Assembly: GCF_036365525.1 (NCBI RefSeq)
Contig: NC_090389.1
Span: 87,761,611 to 87,825,610 of the forward strand
Length of the DNA: 64,000 bases
From: Heterodontus francisci
Taxonomy: Eukaryota
Direction: 5' to 3'
In this document: in pieces, positions 39,170-50,342 of the stretch
How positions within the stretch are numbered: position 1 is the stretch's first letter
Layout: the number at the start of each line of letters is the position of its first letter
Notes under the pieces: generated by a model
Database searches by the model: none
Seen by the model: only the letters and a program-made list of their open reading frames with translations
What the model was told of the DNA's origin: nothing
Made by a program: the position numbers and the translations under genes

Positions 39170-39890
39170 TAGCGCTAAAGCTAAACAAATTATTGGTTAG
39201 TCCATAGTTAGAATATTGTCCAGTTTTGTGCCTCCCACTTTAATAAAGTTGTCTGAGCCATGTAGTCCGATTTGCTATGGTGATAGGGATGAGAGCTTTT
39301 GTTTATGGTGAAAAACTGGACTCTTCTCAACAGAACAGAGAAGGTGAAGAGAGAACTGATATAATTTTGAATATTTCTAAGGGGTTTTGGTAAGGTAAAT
39401 GGGGCAAAAACTGTTTCCACTAGTCTGGGGATATATTTGAGATCATCACCAAAGGAGCAAAGCTGGTTCGGGAAAACTTTATTGGGTTGTTAGGAAATGG
39501 AAGGTCCTACCAGAGAGAGTGGTTCAAATGAATTTATTATAGCTTTTAAATAGTAGTGGTTAAATGCATGAAAAAAATTTGAGTATATGGGAAAGGGCAG
39601 GGAGCTGGCACTAAGTGATTAGCGCTTTGAAAGCTGGTATGAGCGCAAGGTGGACAAATGGTCTCCTTCTGTACTATAAGATTCTATGACATTATACTAA
39701 GCAAGAACATGGGGAGTAGGAGTAAACTGTTAACTGGCATTTTAAAGTCCAATGTCAGGGAACATGTATGTGCCTGCACTATGAGTATTGCCAGGATTTG
39801 GCTTCCAGGCAACATTATGAAGGCAGAAACTCTGCTGCCACATACTGTGCTGGGGAGAAGGATGAGCTAGATGGGCTAAATGGTCCCCTC
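39170..39890 (+). mobile_element. Highly degraded CR1 3' fragments
   Basis: LEYCPVL, KLDSSQQ-like remnants; tail 'gtggacaaatggtctccttctgtactataagattctatga'. Confidence 0.5.
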
Positions 39891-39992
39891 ATCTCTACCA
39901 CATTTTTCCCCCCCCCCCCCACCATCCTCCATCTGTTCCATCTCTACCTATTTTTATGAAAACTCAGTTTCATATTGCTTTTGTCTTAATAG

Positions 39993-40355
39993 AAAAGCCC
40001 CCTGCTCCTGGCAAAGTCCAGCTGGTTCGAGCAAGTACCAGCTCCCTCGAGGTCAGTTGGGGATCAATACCCACTGCTGACAGCTACTTGCTTCAGCTTC
40101 AGAAGTATGACGTCCCGACAGCCACAGCCGCCGTGACCCCTTTGTCGAGCTCCGCCGTTTCGAGCATCCGGCCATCCAGCAGTCCCGCTCCCGCGGCAGC
40201 AGCACCGATATCACCTTCACCAGCACAACCAGGAATTCGCTTTGTTACACAGACAGCCACTGCTCTGGGTGTGCAGGCTGCATCCTTAACCCCTGGTGCA
40301 TCATCACCGGCTGTAGTCAGGGTTCCTGCTGCTATAGCTTCTCCACGTGGGCCAG
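39993..40355 (+). CDS. HCFC1: HCFC1 exon 8 (SAS1N/Fn3: [24 protein letters not shown]...LQLQKYD plus Pro/Ala linker)
   Basis: gtcttaatag|AAAAG ... GGGCCAG|gtaaca; 363 bp; phase 1 to 1. Confidence 0.93.
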
Positions 40356-41625
40356 GTAACACAGTTCCTCTGACCTTTTTTGGTAGAAAAGTTACTAATG
40401 GAACCTCTGTTTATGATGTGTATATATAAGGGCACAGAATTTTCTGGCAAAATAACGGTGGGTTTAATGCATTGCTGTTATTGTGTAAGTAACACAGCAA
40501 TTTGCGGTGAGGAAGATGTATGCTGTGAACTGCAAATCGCCGCTGTCTCGTGAAAGTGACATCTTGCCATCAGCCTCACTGAGTTTCACGAAATTGCTGT
40601 ATTTGTGCTATTAAAATTAATTAAACTTGCTGCAGAAAGTTCAGGCTGGTACTTTATGATCTAAGGACCCTTTTAATGACTAGATTTATGTTCCAAACAT
40701 CTCCAACCCAGAAAAGGAAGAATTGTGGAGTCTCATTCAAGTGCTAAATTGTTTCTAGAAGTTTTCTTTTTAATTATTATTTTTTCTCTCTCTTAATCCC
40801 ATCTGACGTTTCCATCTTTCTGTATCTAATTCACCCTAGTTCCTTTGCGATTGTTTGCTGTTCCTTTCTCTATCCTTTCAATCGCATTGGTTAAGGAGAT
40901 AGACTGTTGGTCCTGTTGTTCACCAAGGCCAGTGTTGCTTTTGCACTTCCAACAATTTGTGGCACAAGATCTTTCAACCTGAAGGTTGAGGAGAAAATCT
41001 TCAATGAGGCACATTGCACAATGCCCTGCTCCAAAATATTGTGCCCAATGTATTTTAAGCTGATAAATTTACACATATACTTGACTGCTTATAGTCCTCG
41101 ATGGCTTGGGGTAAAGTTATCTGCTGGTGTGATTTTTAAGCAGTACAGACCAGAAGTTAACTTGTGTAGTTTAGCTGACCTCAGCCAGAAGTAGCACTGG
41201 GGCACAATGAGTGGCGTAGGTATATAAAAGATCCCATGGCAGCTTTTAGAGCAGGAATTCTCCTGGGTGTCCCTGAACCAACAGCAATAAAAACTGGTCA
41301 TTTCTGCTGCATGCTGTTTGTAGAACCATGCTGTGTGCAAATTAGTGTTTGCCTACAGATCAACAGTGACTACACTTCAGAAGTAATCCATTTGATGTGA
41401 AAGGCTTTGAGACACCCTGACGCTGTGAAAGGTGCTATATAACTGAGAGTTTTCCTTCCTTTTCCTTTACCTCTAAGTCAGAGTACCAAGACCAGTCTGT
41501 ATCCATAGCTTTATGCAGAATAATGGGGAAATTGATTTAAACTTTAGGTCTGCCATACAAGGCTCCATGGTATGCCCCGTAGAGGTTCACGAGGACAAAA
41601 GGCTTGGGCACGCCTGCTTGAGATG

Positions 41626-42088
41626 TCAGCCCTGGCTCAGTGGTATCTCTTTCGCCTTTTGAGTCAGAAGGTTGTGGGTTCAAGTCCCACTCTAGAGACT
41701 TGAGTGCAAAATCTAGGCTGACATTCCAGTGCACTACTGAGGGAGTGCTGCACTGTCACAGTTGTTGTCTTTTGCATGAGGTATTAAACTGAGGCTGTGT
41801 CTTCCATCGTAGGTTAATGGAATAGTGCTGTGAGATCTTTTACAAGAGCAGTGGAGTTCTTCCCAGTGTCTGGCCAATATTTATCCCTCAAACAACATCC
41901 CTACAAAACAGGTGGTCTGGTCACAATCGCATTGCTATTTATGGCAGCTTGCTGTGCACAAATTGGCTGCCATATTTCCTAAAATACAACAATGACACCA
42001 GTTCTGAAAAGTAATTCATTAGCTGTAAAACACTTTGGGATGTCCTGAAGTCATGAAAGCACTATAGAAATGCAAATCTTTCTCTTTT
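41626..42088 (+). mobile_element. Deu-domain SINE ending about 55 nt upstream of exon 9
   Basis: Full head 'ggctcagtggta..gagtcagaaggttgtgggttcaagtcccact' through tail 'gcactatagaaatgcaaatc'; degenerate copies at about 29330-29715, 38925-39152, 41225-41460. Confidence 0.78.
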
Positions 42089-42142
42089 TGAGGTCCACTG
42101 GTTTCTTTGGGCTGATATTTAATTGACCTCTCCTTATTACAG

Positions 42143-42318
42143 GCTCTCCAATGATCAGGGCCGTGACAGGGCAGCCAGTGGTCGCATCAGCAGCTTCAAC
42201 CACATCCCTCATCACAGTGCAACGGCAAGCTGCACCTCCGGGCAAAACACCCATCAGCATGGCAACCCTTCCACCAGGGGTTCGCATGGTGATGCCAGCG
42301 CAGACCACAGCAGGGACT
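42143..42318 (+). CDS. HCFC1: HCFC1 exon 9 (GSPMIRAVTGQ...ATLPPGVRMVMPAQTTAGT)
   Basis: ccttattacag|GCTCT ... GGGACT|gtaagt; 176 bp; LPxGVRMV motif of the HCF-1 basic region. Confidence 0.9.
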
Positions 42319-43429
42319 GTAAGTTTTGTATGTGTTGTGTTGTGGTTTCTGTAGAGCACAGTGTGCAGTGAACTGTGTTGCAGGTGCAGTGTTATATACT
42401 GTGGCTTATGATTATCTCATAACCCAGTGTAATTTTTGGTCAAACTCTTCAAGCTGGGTAACTGATGCAACTTAGTTAAGAAGCTTATTTCAGCTGCCAC
42501 TATATAAGCAAAGCAGGTGAGTTGAGGCATGCTTTTAACGGTCTGCATTGTAGGTTATTATTTTACAAAGTAAGTGTGTTAGCGGTTACTCGAGTATTGC
42601 ACCAGAAAAATGTTTTGTGGCCATTTCAATAGCCCAGTTGATGCATGCCTTGCCAAGACACTCTGATTAAGAAAGTCCCTGGCCTTATCCATTGTCTGTG
42701 CTCAGTTGACTTGGTGCCCCTGGGTTTGGAGGAGAGGAAGAAAATCAAGTAACATTCATACCTCTGATTATTATCCAATAACTGATAATCCAATAAATAA
42801 AAACTGAGTGCTGGAAACACTCAGCAGGTCATGCAGCATCTGTGGAGGAAAAATAGAATTATTGTTTGAGTTCGATGACCTTCCATCAGAACTGAGATAT
42901 TTTTAGCAAGTTGAGGTAAGGGGAAAAATGACAGGGGTTGTGGGAAAAGAACAAAGGGACATTTCTGTGGATGGAGGGTAGGAGTGATTAGTGACAAAAG
43001 GGATGCTGGTGCGAGGCAGAGGAGAGTGGTGATGGCACAAGTTTTTTTTAAAAAGTATCCAGAGAAGGTGTAAATGATTGGTTATAGCAGAATAACAGAT
43101 TCCCCATGCTTCTCCCCAATCTCTCTCAAGGAGGAGAAAGTTCCTGTGGTCCGGGAATGTGCTGGAAGAAGGACTGGTAGACCCTAGGGGTGCAGACCAA
43201 CCCACTGGCCGTGTACTTAATGGGGTTCCCCTGTCCAAGCACCAGCTCACACCATCTCCACTCCCAGTGGCTCTATTGGAGCCATCCTCCATCACCAGTA
43301 TCTGCTGCCTGAGAAAATAGGAGCGGTAGTTAAGATCAGCTGTTCCTGGAAATGTGCATATGTGTCAACGTCAGGCCATAACTGCATTGGGTTTAGCTGT
43401 GATGGCCTCTTCAGCTAAGTAACACACCG

Positions 43430-44810
43430 GCCCTCCCATCGTGCCTGTGCTGGCTCTTTGAAAGAGTTACCAATTAGTCCCACTTCCCTGCTCTTTCCCC
43501 ATAGCCCTGCAAATTTCTTCCCTTCAAATTTTAAATTTCCTTTTGAAAGTTGTTAGAGTCTGCTTCCACCACCCTTTTCAGGTACTGCATTCACAGTTTT
43601 CCTCATGTTGCCTCTGGTTCTTTTGACAATTATTTTCCCCCTTATTTGGAAATTGTGTCCCCTGGTTCTAGACTCCCCAACCAGGGGAAACATCTTACCT
43701 GCTTCTACCCTGTCTATCCCTTTAAGTATTTTGTAGGTTTCAATGAGATCACCTCTCATTCTTCAAAACTCTAGAGAATACAGGCCCAGTTTCCCCAATC
43801 TCTCTTCATTGGACGGTCCCGCCATCCCAGGAACAAGTCTGGTGAACCTTCGTTGTACTCCCTTCTATGGCAATAATATCCTCCCTAAGTTAAGGGGACC
43901 AAAACTGCACACAATACTCCAGGTGCAGTCTAACCAAGGTTCTATACAATTGAAGCAAGACTTCACTATTCCTGTACTCAAATCCTCTTGCGATAAAAGC
44001 TAACATACCATTAGCCTGCCTAATTGTTTGCTGCACCTGCATGTTAGCTTTCATTCATTTATTGACAAGGACACCCACGTCCCTTTGTACATTTACACTT
44101 TCTAATCTCTTACCATTTAGGAAATACTCTGCACATTTGTTCCCCCTACCAAAGTGGATAACCTCATATTTTTCCACATTATATTCCATCTGCCACATTC
44201 TTGCCCACTCGTTAAGTCTGTCCAAATCCCCTTGAAGCTGCTTTGCACCTTCCTCACAACACACATTCCCACTTAGTTTTGTGTCATCCGCGAACTTGAA
44301 AATACTACATTTGGTCCCCACATCCAAATCATTGATGTATATTGTGAACAGCTGGGGCCCAAGCACTGATCCCTGTGGTACCCCACTAGTCACAGTCTGC
44401 CAACGTGAGAATGACCTGTTTATTCCAACTCTCTGCTCTCTGCCTGTTAACCAATCCTTAATCCATGCCAGTATATTACCTCCCATGTGCTTTAATTTTG
44501 CTAACCAACCTCCTGTGGGGGACTTTATCAAAAGCCTTCTGAAAATCCAAGTATGCCTTGTCCATCAACTCCTCTTTTATCAATTCTGTTTGTAACCTCC
44601 TCAAAAAAAACTCCAATAGGTTTGTCAAACATGATTTCCCATTCATAAATCCATGCCCAATGAAATAATTATTATCCAAGTGTCCATTTATCACATCCTT
44701 TAGAATAGATTCTAACATTTTCCCAACAACAGATGTAAGGCTAACAGGTCTAATTCCCTGTTTTCTCTCTCCCTCCCTCCCTTAAATAATGGGGTGATAT
44801 TTACTCCATC
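43430..44810 (-). mobile_element. CR1 RT 3' region, frameshifted
   Basis: HGFMNGKSCLTNLLEFF, LDFQKAFDKVPH, GVPQGSVLGP, FKFADDTK. Confidence 0.88.
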
Positions 44811-44869
44811 AAAACCATTTTGCTATTGAACACCTTTATCAAATTTCCCCTTAACCATTCCTTTTCTAA

Positions 44870-46440
44870 GAACTTGATGGAATTTGTTGAGGAGGGTTGA
44901 GGGTAGCGCATTCGATTATCGTCTGTGTGTATCTTAGCAAGGCTTTTGACAAAGTCCTACATGGCAGACTGATCAGAAAATTAAAAGCTCATCAGATCCA
45001 AGAGAAAGTGGCAAGTTGGATCCAAAATTGATTCAATAACTGAAGGCAAAGGGTTATGGGCAGGTGTTTTTGTGACTGGAAGGCTGTTTCATTGGGTTCT
45101 GCAGGGCTTGGTACTGGATCCCTTACTGTTTGTAGTATAAACACTGATTTGGACCTGTGTAGGGGGCATGATTAAGAAGTCTGCGGACACGAAGATTAGC
45201 CTTGTGGTTAATAGTGAGGAAGAAAGCTGTAGACTGGAGGAAGATATCAATGGACTAGTGCTCTACGGCAGCGAGGCCTGGACAACGTATGCCAGCCAAG
45301 AGCGACGTCTCAATTCATTCCATCTTCGCTGCCTTCGGAGAATACTTGGCATCAGGTGGCAGGACTATATCTCCAACACAGAAGTCCTTGAAGCGGCCAA
45401 CACCCCCAGCTTATACACACTACTGAGTCAGCGGCGCTTGAGATGGCTTGGCCATGTGAGCCGCATGGAAGATGGCAGGATCCCCAAAGACACATTGTAC
45501 AGCGAGCTCGCCACTGGTATCAGACCCACCGGCCATCCATGTCTCCGTTATAAAGACGTCTGCAAACGCGACATGAAATCGTGTGACATTGATCACAAGT
45601 CGTGGGAGTCAGTTGCCAGCATTCGCCAGAGCTGGCGGGCAGCCATAAAGACAGGGCTAAATTGTGGCGAGTCGAAGAGACTTAGTAGTTGGCAGGAAAA
45701 AGACAGAGGCGCAAGGGGAGAGCCAACTGTGCAACAGCCCCAACAAACAAATTTCTCTGCAGCACCTGTGGAAGAGCCTGTCACTCCAGAATTGGCCTTT
45801 ATAGCCACTCCAGGCGCTGCTTCACAAACCACTGACCACCTCCAGGCGCGTATCCATTGTCTCTCGAGATAAGGAGGCCCAAAAGAAAGAAAAGAGAAGA
45901 AAGAAAAGAAAGTCAGGAGGGCAGAAAAGTGGCAATTGGAATTCAATCCAGAGGAGTATGAGGTAATGCATTTGGGGAGGACAAACAAGGCAAGGGAATA
46001 CGCCATAAATGGTAGGATACTGAAGTGTAGAGGAGCAGAGGGACGTTGGAACATATGTCCACAGATAGTGAAGGTGACAGGACAGGAAGATGAAGTTGTC
46101 GAGAAGGCATACCAGATACTTCCTTTTATGGGCTGTGACCGAGTATAAGAGCAGGGAAGTTATGCTAGAACTGTATAAGACGCTAGTTAGACTGCAGCTA
46201 GAATACTGCATATCGTTCCGATCGTCACATTACAGGAAGGATGTAATCGCACTAGAGAGGGTCCAGAGGAGATTTACAAGAATGTTGCCAGGAATGGAAA
46301 ACTTTAGCTATGAGGAAAGAATGGATTGGCTGAGGTTGATTTCTTTGGAATAGAGGAGGCTGAGGGGAGATTTGATTGAGGTATATAAAATTATGAGTGG
46401 GCTAGATTGAGTGAATAGAAAGGACCGATTTTCTGTTTGC
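44870..46440 (+). mobile_element. Degraded CR1 RT region interrupted by RTE
   Basis: SKAFDKV, KSADTKI..LEEDINGL|(RTE)|[28 protein letters not shown]. Confidence 0.82.
45260..45910 (+). mobile_element. RTE 3' fragment (sense orientation) in CR1
   Basis: LYGSEAWTTY..EAANTPSLYTLLSQRR..; 3' end 'ctcgagataaggaggcccaaaagaaagaaaagagaag'. Confidence 0.92.
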
Positions 46441-46444
46441 AAGG

Positions 46445-46800
46445 TACCATTCTAGTAAATCTCCTTTTGAGGCTTTGACATCCTTCCTGAAGTTTGGCCC
46501 CCTGAATTGGCCACAATGCTCCAGCTGGGACCTAACCAGCATTTATAAAGATTTAGCATAACTTCCCTTTGTACTCTGCTTCTATTTATTATAAAGCCAA
46601 GCATCTCATAAACCTTAACAGCCTTCTCAACTTGTCCTGCCACCTTGAAAGGCTTGTGTACATACACCCTCCGGTCTCTGTTCATGAATTCCATTTAAAA
46701 TTGTTCTGTTTTAGTTTCTATTGCCTCTCCTCATTCTTACTGAAATGAATCACTTCACTCTCTGTTAAATTTCATCTGCCATGTGCCAATTTCATCTGCT
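46445..46800 (-). mobile_element. Degraded CR1 fragment
   Basis: VHKPFKVAGQVEKAVK..REVMLNLYK. Confidence 0.65.
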
Positions 46801-47089
46801 AAGGCCATAGATTTACTAAGAGGCACATGAGCAGCTTGCTGTTGATTTCTGCTTTTCCTCTGTGCTGCTCAGTCTCCACTCCTTGGAGACGAGGGAAAAC
46901 AGAGAAGTTAGAACCTGCATCTGTGAAATCATACCACTTAGCAGTGGAGGGCTTTCCAATAAGTTTTACTACGCAAGCTTCATCTGGAGAGTGTTGATTT
47001 TTCTGCCACTTACAAATGTGAAATGTGTCATGGTTTAAGAGGGGGGTTGGTGTTGTGTTGGAGGTTGCTGTTTTGATGTTAGAATCCAT

Positions 47090-49500
47090 NNNNNNNNNNN
47101 NNNNNNNNNNNNNNNNNNNNNNNNNNNNNNNNNNNNNNNNNNNNNNNNNNNNNNNNNNNNNNNNNNNNNNNNNNNNNNNNNNNNNNNNNNNNNNNNNNNN
47201 NNNNNNNNNNNNNNNNNNNNNNNNNNNNNNNNNNNNNNNNNNNNNNNNNNNNNNNNNNNNNNNNNNNNNNNNNNNNNNNNNNNNNNNNNNNNNNNNNNNN
47301 NNNNNNNNNNNNNNNNNNNNNNNNNNNNNNNNNNNNNNNNNNNNNNNNNNNNNNNNNNNNNNNNNNNNNNNNNNNNNNNNNNNNNNNNNNNNNNNNNNNN
47401 NNNNNNNNNNNNNNNNNNNNNNNNNNNNNNNNNNNNNNNNNNNNNNNNNNNNNNNNNNNNNNNNNNNNNNNNNNNNNNNNNNNNNNNNNNNNNNNNNNNN
47501 NNNNNNNNNNNNNNNNNNNNNNNNNNNNNNNNNNNNNNNNNNNNNNNNNNNNNNNNNNNNNNNNNNNNNNCTCCCCCCCCCTCTCTCCCCCTCCCCCCCC
47601 TCTCTCCCCCTCCCCCCCCCTCTCTCCCCCTCCCCCCCCCTCTNNNNNNNNNNNNNNNNNNNNNNNNNNNNNNNNNNNNNNNNNNNNNNNNNNNNNNNNN
47701 NNNNNNNNNNNNNNNNNNNNNNNNNNNNNNNNNNNNNNNNNNNNNNNNNNNNNNNNNNNNNNNNNNNNNNNNNNNNNNNNNNNNNNNNNNNNNNNNNNNN
47801 NNNNNNNNNNNNNNNNNNNNNNNNNNNNNNNNNNNNNNNNNNNNNNNNNNNNNNNNNNNNNNNNNNNNNNNNNNNNNNNNNNNNNNNNNNNNNNNNNNNN
47901 NNNNNNNNNNNNNNNNNNNNNNNNNNNNNNNNNNNNNNNNNNNNNNNNNNNNNNNNNNNNNNNTCCCCCCCCCCTCTCCCCCTCCCCCCCCCTCTCTCCC
48001 CCTCCCCCCCCCTCTCTCCCCCTCCCCCCCCCTCTCTCCCCCTCCCCCCCCCTCTCTCCCCCTCCCCCCCCCTCTCTCCCCCTCCCCCCCCCTCTCTCCC
48101 CCTCCCCCCCCTCTCTCCCCCTCCCCCCCCCTCTCTCCCCCTCCCCCCCCCTCTCTCCCCCTCCCCCCCCCTCTCTCCCCCTCCCCCCCCCCTCTCTCCC
48201 CCTCCCCCCCCTCTCTCCCCCTCCCCCCCCCTCTCTCCCCCTCCCCCCCCTCTCTCCCCCTCCCCCCCCCCCTCTCTCCCCCCCCCCCCTCTCTCCCCCT
48301 CCCCCCCCCCTCTCTCCCCCTCCCCCCCCCCCTCTCTCCCCCCCCCCCNNNNNNNNNNNNNNNNNNNNNNNNNNNNNNNNNNNNNNNNNNNNNNNNNNNN
48401 NNNNNNNNNNNNNNNNNNNNNNNNNNNNNNNNNNNNNNNNNNNNNNNNNNNNNNNNNNNNNNNNNNNNNNNNNNNNNNNNNNNNNNNNNNNNNNNNNNNN
48501 NNNNNNNNNNNNNNNNNNNNNNNNNNNNNNNNNNCCCTCCCCCCCCCTCTCTCCCCCTCCCCCCCCCTCTCTCCCCCTCCCCCCCCCTCTCTCCCCCCCC
48601 CCCCTCTCTCCCCCCCCCCTCTCTCCCCCCCCCCCTCTCTCCCCCTCCCCCCCCCCTCTCTCCCCCCCCCCCCTCTCTCCCCCTCCCCCCCTCTCTCCCC
48701 CTCCCCCCCTCTCTCCCCCTCCCCCCCTCTCTCCCCCTCCCCCCCTCTCTCCCCCTCCCCCCCCCTCTCTCCCCCTCCCCCCCCCTCTCTCCCCCTCCCC
48801 CCCCCTCTCTCCCCCTCCCCCCCCCTCTCTCCCCCTCCCCCCCCCTCTCTCCCCCTCCCCCCCCCTCTCTCCCCCTCCCCCCCCCTCTCTCCCCCTCCCC
48901 CCCCCTCTCTCCCCCTCCCCCCCCCTCTCTCCCCCTCCCCCCCCCTCTCTCCCCCTCCCCCCCCCTCTCTCCCCCTCCCCCCCCCCTCTNNNNNNNNNNN
49001 NNNNNNNNNNNNNNNNNNNNNNNNNNNNNNNNNNNNNNNNNNNNNNNNNNNNNNNNNNNNNNNNNNNNNNNNNNNNNNNNNNNNNNNNNNNNNNNNNNNN
49101 NNNNNNNNNNNNNNNNNNNNNNNNNNNNNNNNNNNNNNNNNNNNNNNNNNNNNNNNNNNNNNNNNNNNNNNNNNNNNNNNNNNNNNNNNNNNNNNNNNNN
49201 NNNNNNNNNNNNNNNNNNNNNNNNNNNNNNNNNNNNNNNNNNNNNNNNNNNNNNNNNNNNNNNNNNNNNNNNNNNNNNNNNNNNNNNNNNNNNNNNNNNN
49301 NNNNNNNNNNNNNNNNNNNNNNNNNNNNNNNNNNNNNNNNNNNNNNNNNNNNNNNNNNNNNNNNNNNNNNNNNNNNNNNNNNNNNNNNNNNNNNNNNNNN
49401 NNNNNNNNNNNNNNNNNNNNNNNNNNNNNNNNNNNNNNNNNNNNNNNNNNNNNNNNNNNNNNNNNNNNNNNNNNNCCCCCCCCTCTCTTCTCCCTCCCAG
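47090..49500. repeat. C/T-only tandem array (unit about CCCCCCCCCTCTCTCCCCCT, ~20 nt) interspersed with four N gaps
   Basis: Directly visible; the true length is unknown because of the Ns. Confidence 0.9.
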
Positions 49501-49683
49501 CCACTTACCTCTAGCCCACAGATGAGTGGAATGGCAGCTTTGGCTGCAGCAGCTGCTGCTACTCAGAAGATTCCTTCCAGTACAGCAGTTACCTCAATCG
49601 GACTTCATCCTAGCACAACCTTGGTGAAAACTATGGCAGTCACCCCTGGAACCAATACCAAGGTAGCCACTCCCTCAGTCATG
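49501..49683 (+). CDS. HCFC1: HCFC1 exon 10 ([25 protein letters not shown]...KVATPSVM)
   Basis: ctccctcccag|CCACTT ... GTCATG|gtatgt; 183 bp; phase 0-0; conserved [20 protein letters not shown]. Confidence 0.93.
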
Positions 49684-50342
49684 GTATGTCATTTCTTTTA
49701 AATCCATTGTGAATAACTATTTTTGTACCTTTCACTACTTCGGTGAAATAGTGAAAGGATTTGCAGGTAGATTAACAGTGAATGTGAACACTCCCTCCAT
49801 GGCCATAACCATCTTTATACTGGCCAATAGGGTGGTTAACCATATATGGCAGGTGGGTTTTATAGGCTCTCACAAACCATACAATGAGAGGGACTCACCC
49901 ACTGAGTATCTCGCTGGATGTTTACACAGAACGCCACATCGACTGCCGCAGTTTAAAAGGTGGCTTACTACCTTCTCGGGCAATTGGGGATGGACAATCA
50001 TGCTTGCCAGTGATGCTTACACTTGAGAATGAACTTTTTAAAAAAAAAAAAAATACAGAGCCACAGCACCGGTCTCCACTCACTGGCACTAACTGCATTG
50101 TGGAGTTGAAACTATGCAGCTTTTGGACTTGGAGGCAGGAATACTACCACTAAGCCAATGTAGAATGCTTGAGCTCACAAGGGGAACAAGGACTGCCTAT
50201 CCAGTCTATCTAACCCCCCAAATTTTATACACTTCAATTAACTCTCCCCTCAGCCTCTTTTTTTCCCAAGAAAACAACCCTATCCTATCCAATCTTTCTT
50301 CATAACTAAAATTCTCCAGTCAAGGCAACATCCTAGTGATAT

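Noticed and set aside
45168-45872. 234-aa ORF as a novel gene
   Set aside because: Chance in-frame fusion of a decayed CR1 and an inserted RTE 3' fragment.
47571-48989. CRISPR-like array
   Set aside because: Simple low-complexity tandem repeat without unique spacers, in a vertebrate intron.
46799-49514. 901-aa and 829-aa Gly/Glu/Arg- and Pro-rich ORFs
   Set aside because: Artefacts of translating N gaps and the C/T tandem array.
49663-49683. Alternative in-frame donor AAG|GTAGCC in exon 10
   Set aside because: Poor match at +4 to +6; the downstream ATG|gtatgt preserves the conserved KVA..VM ending.
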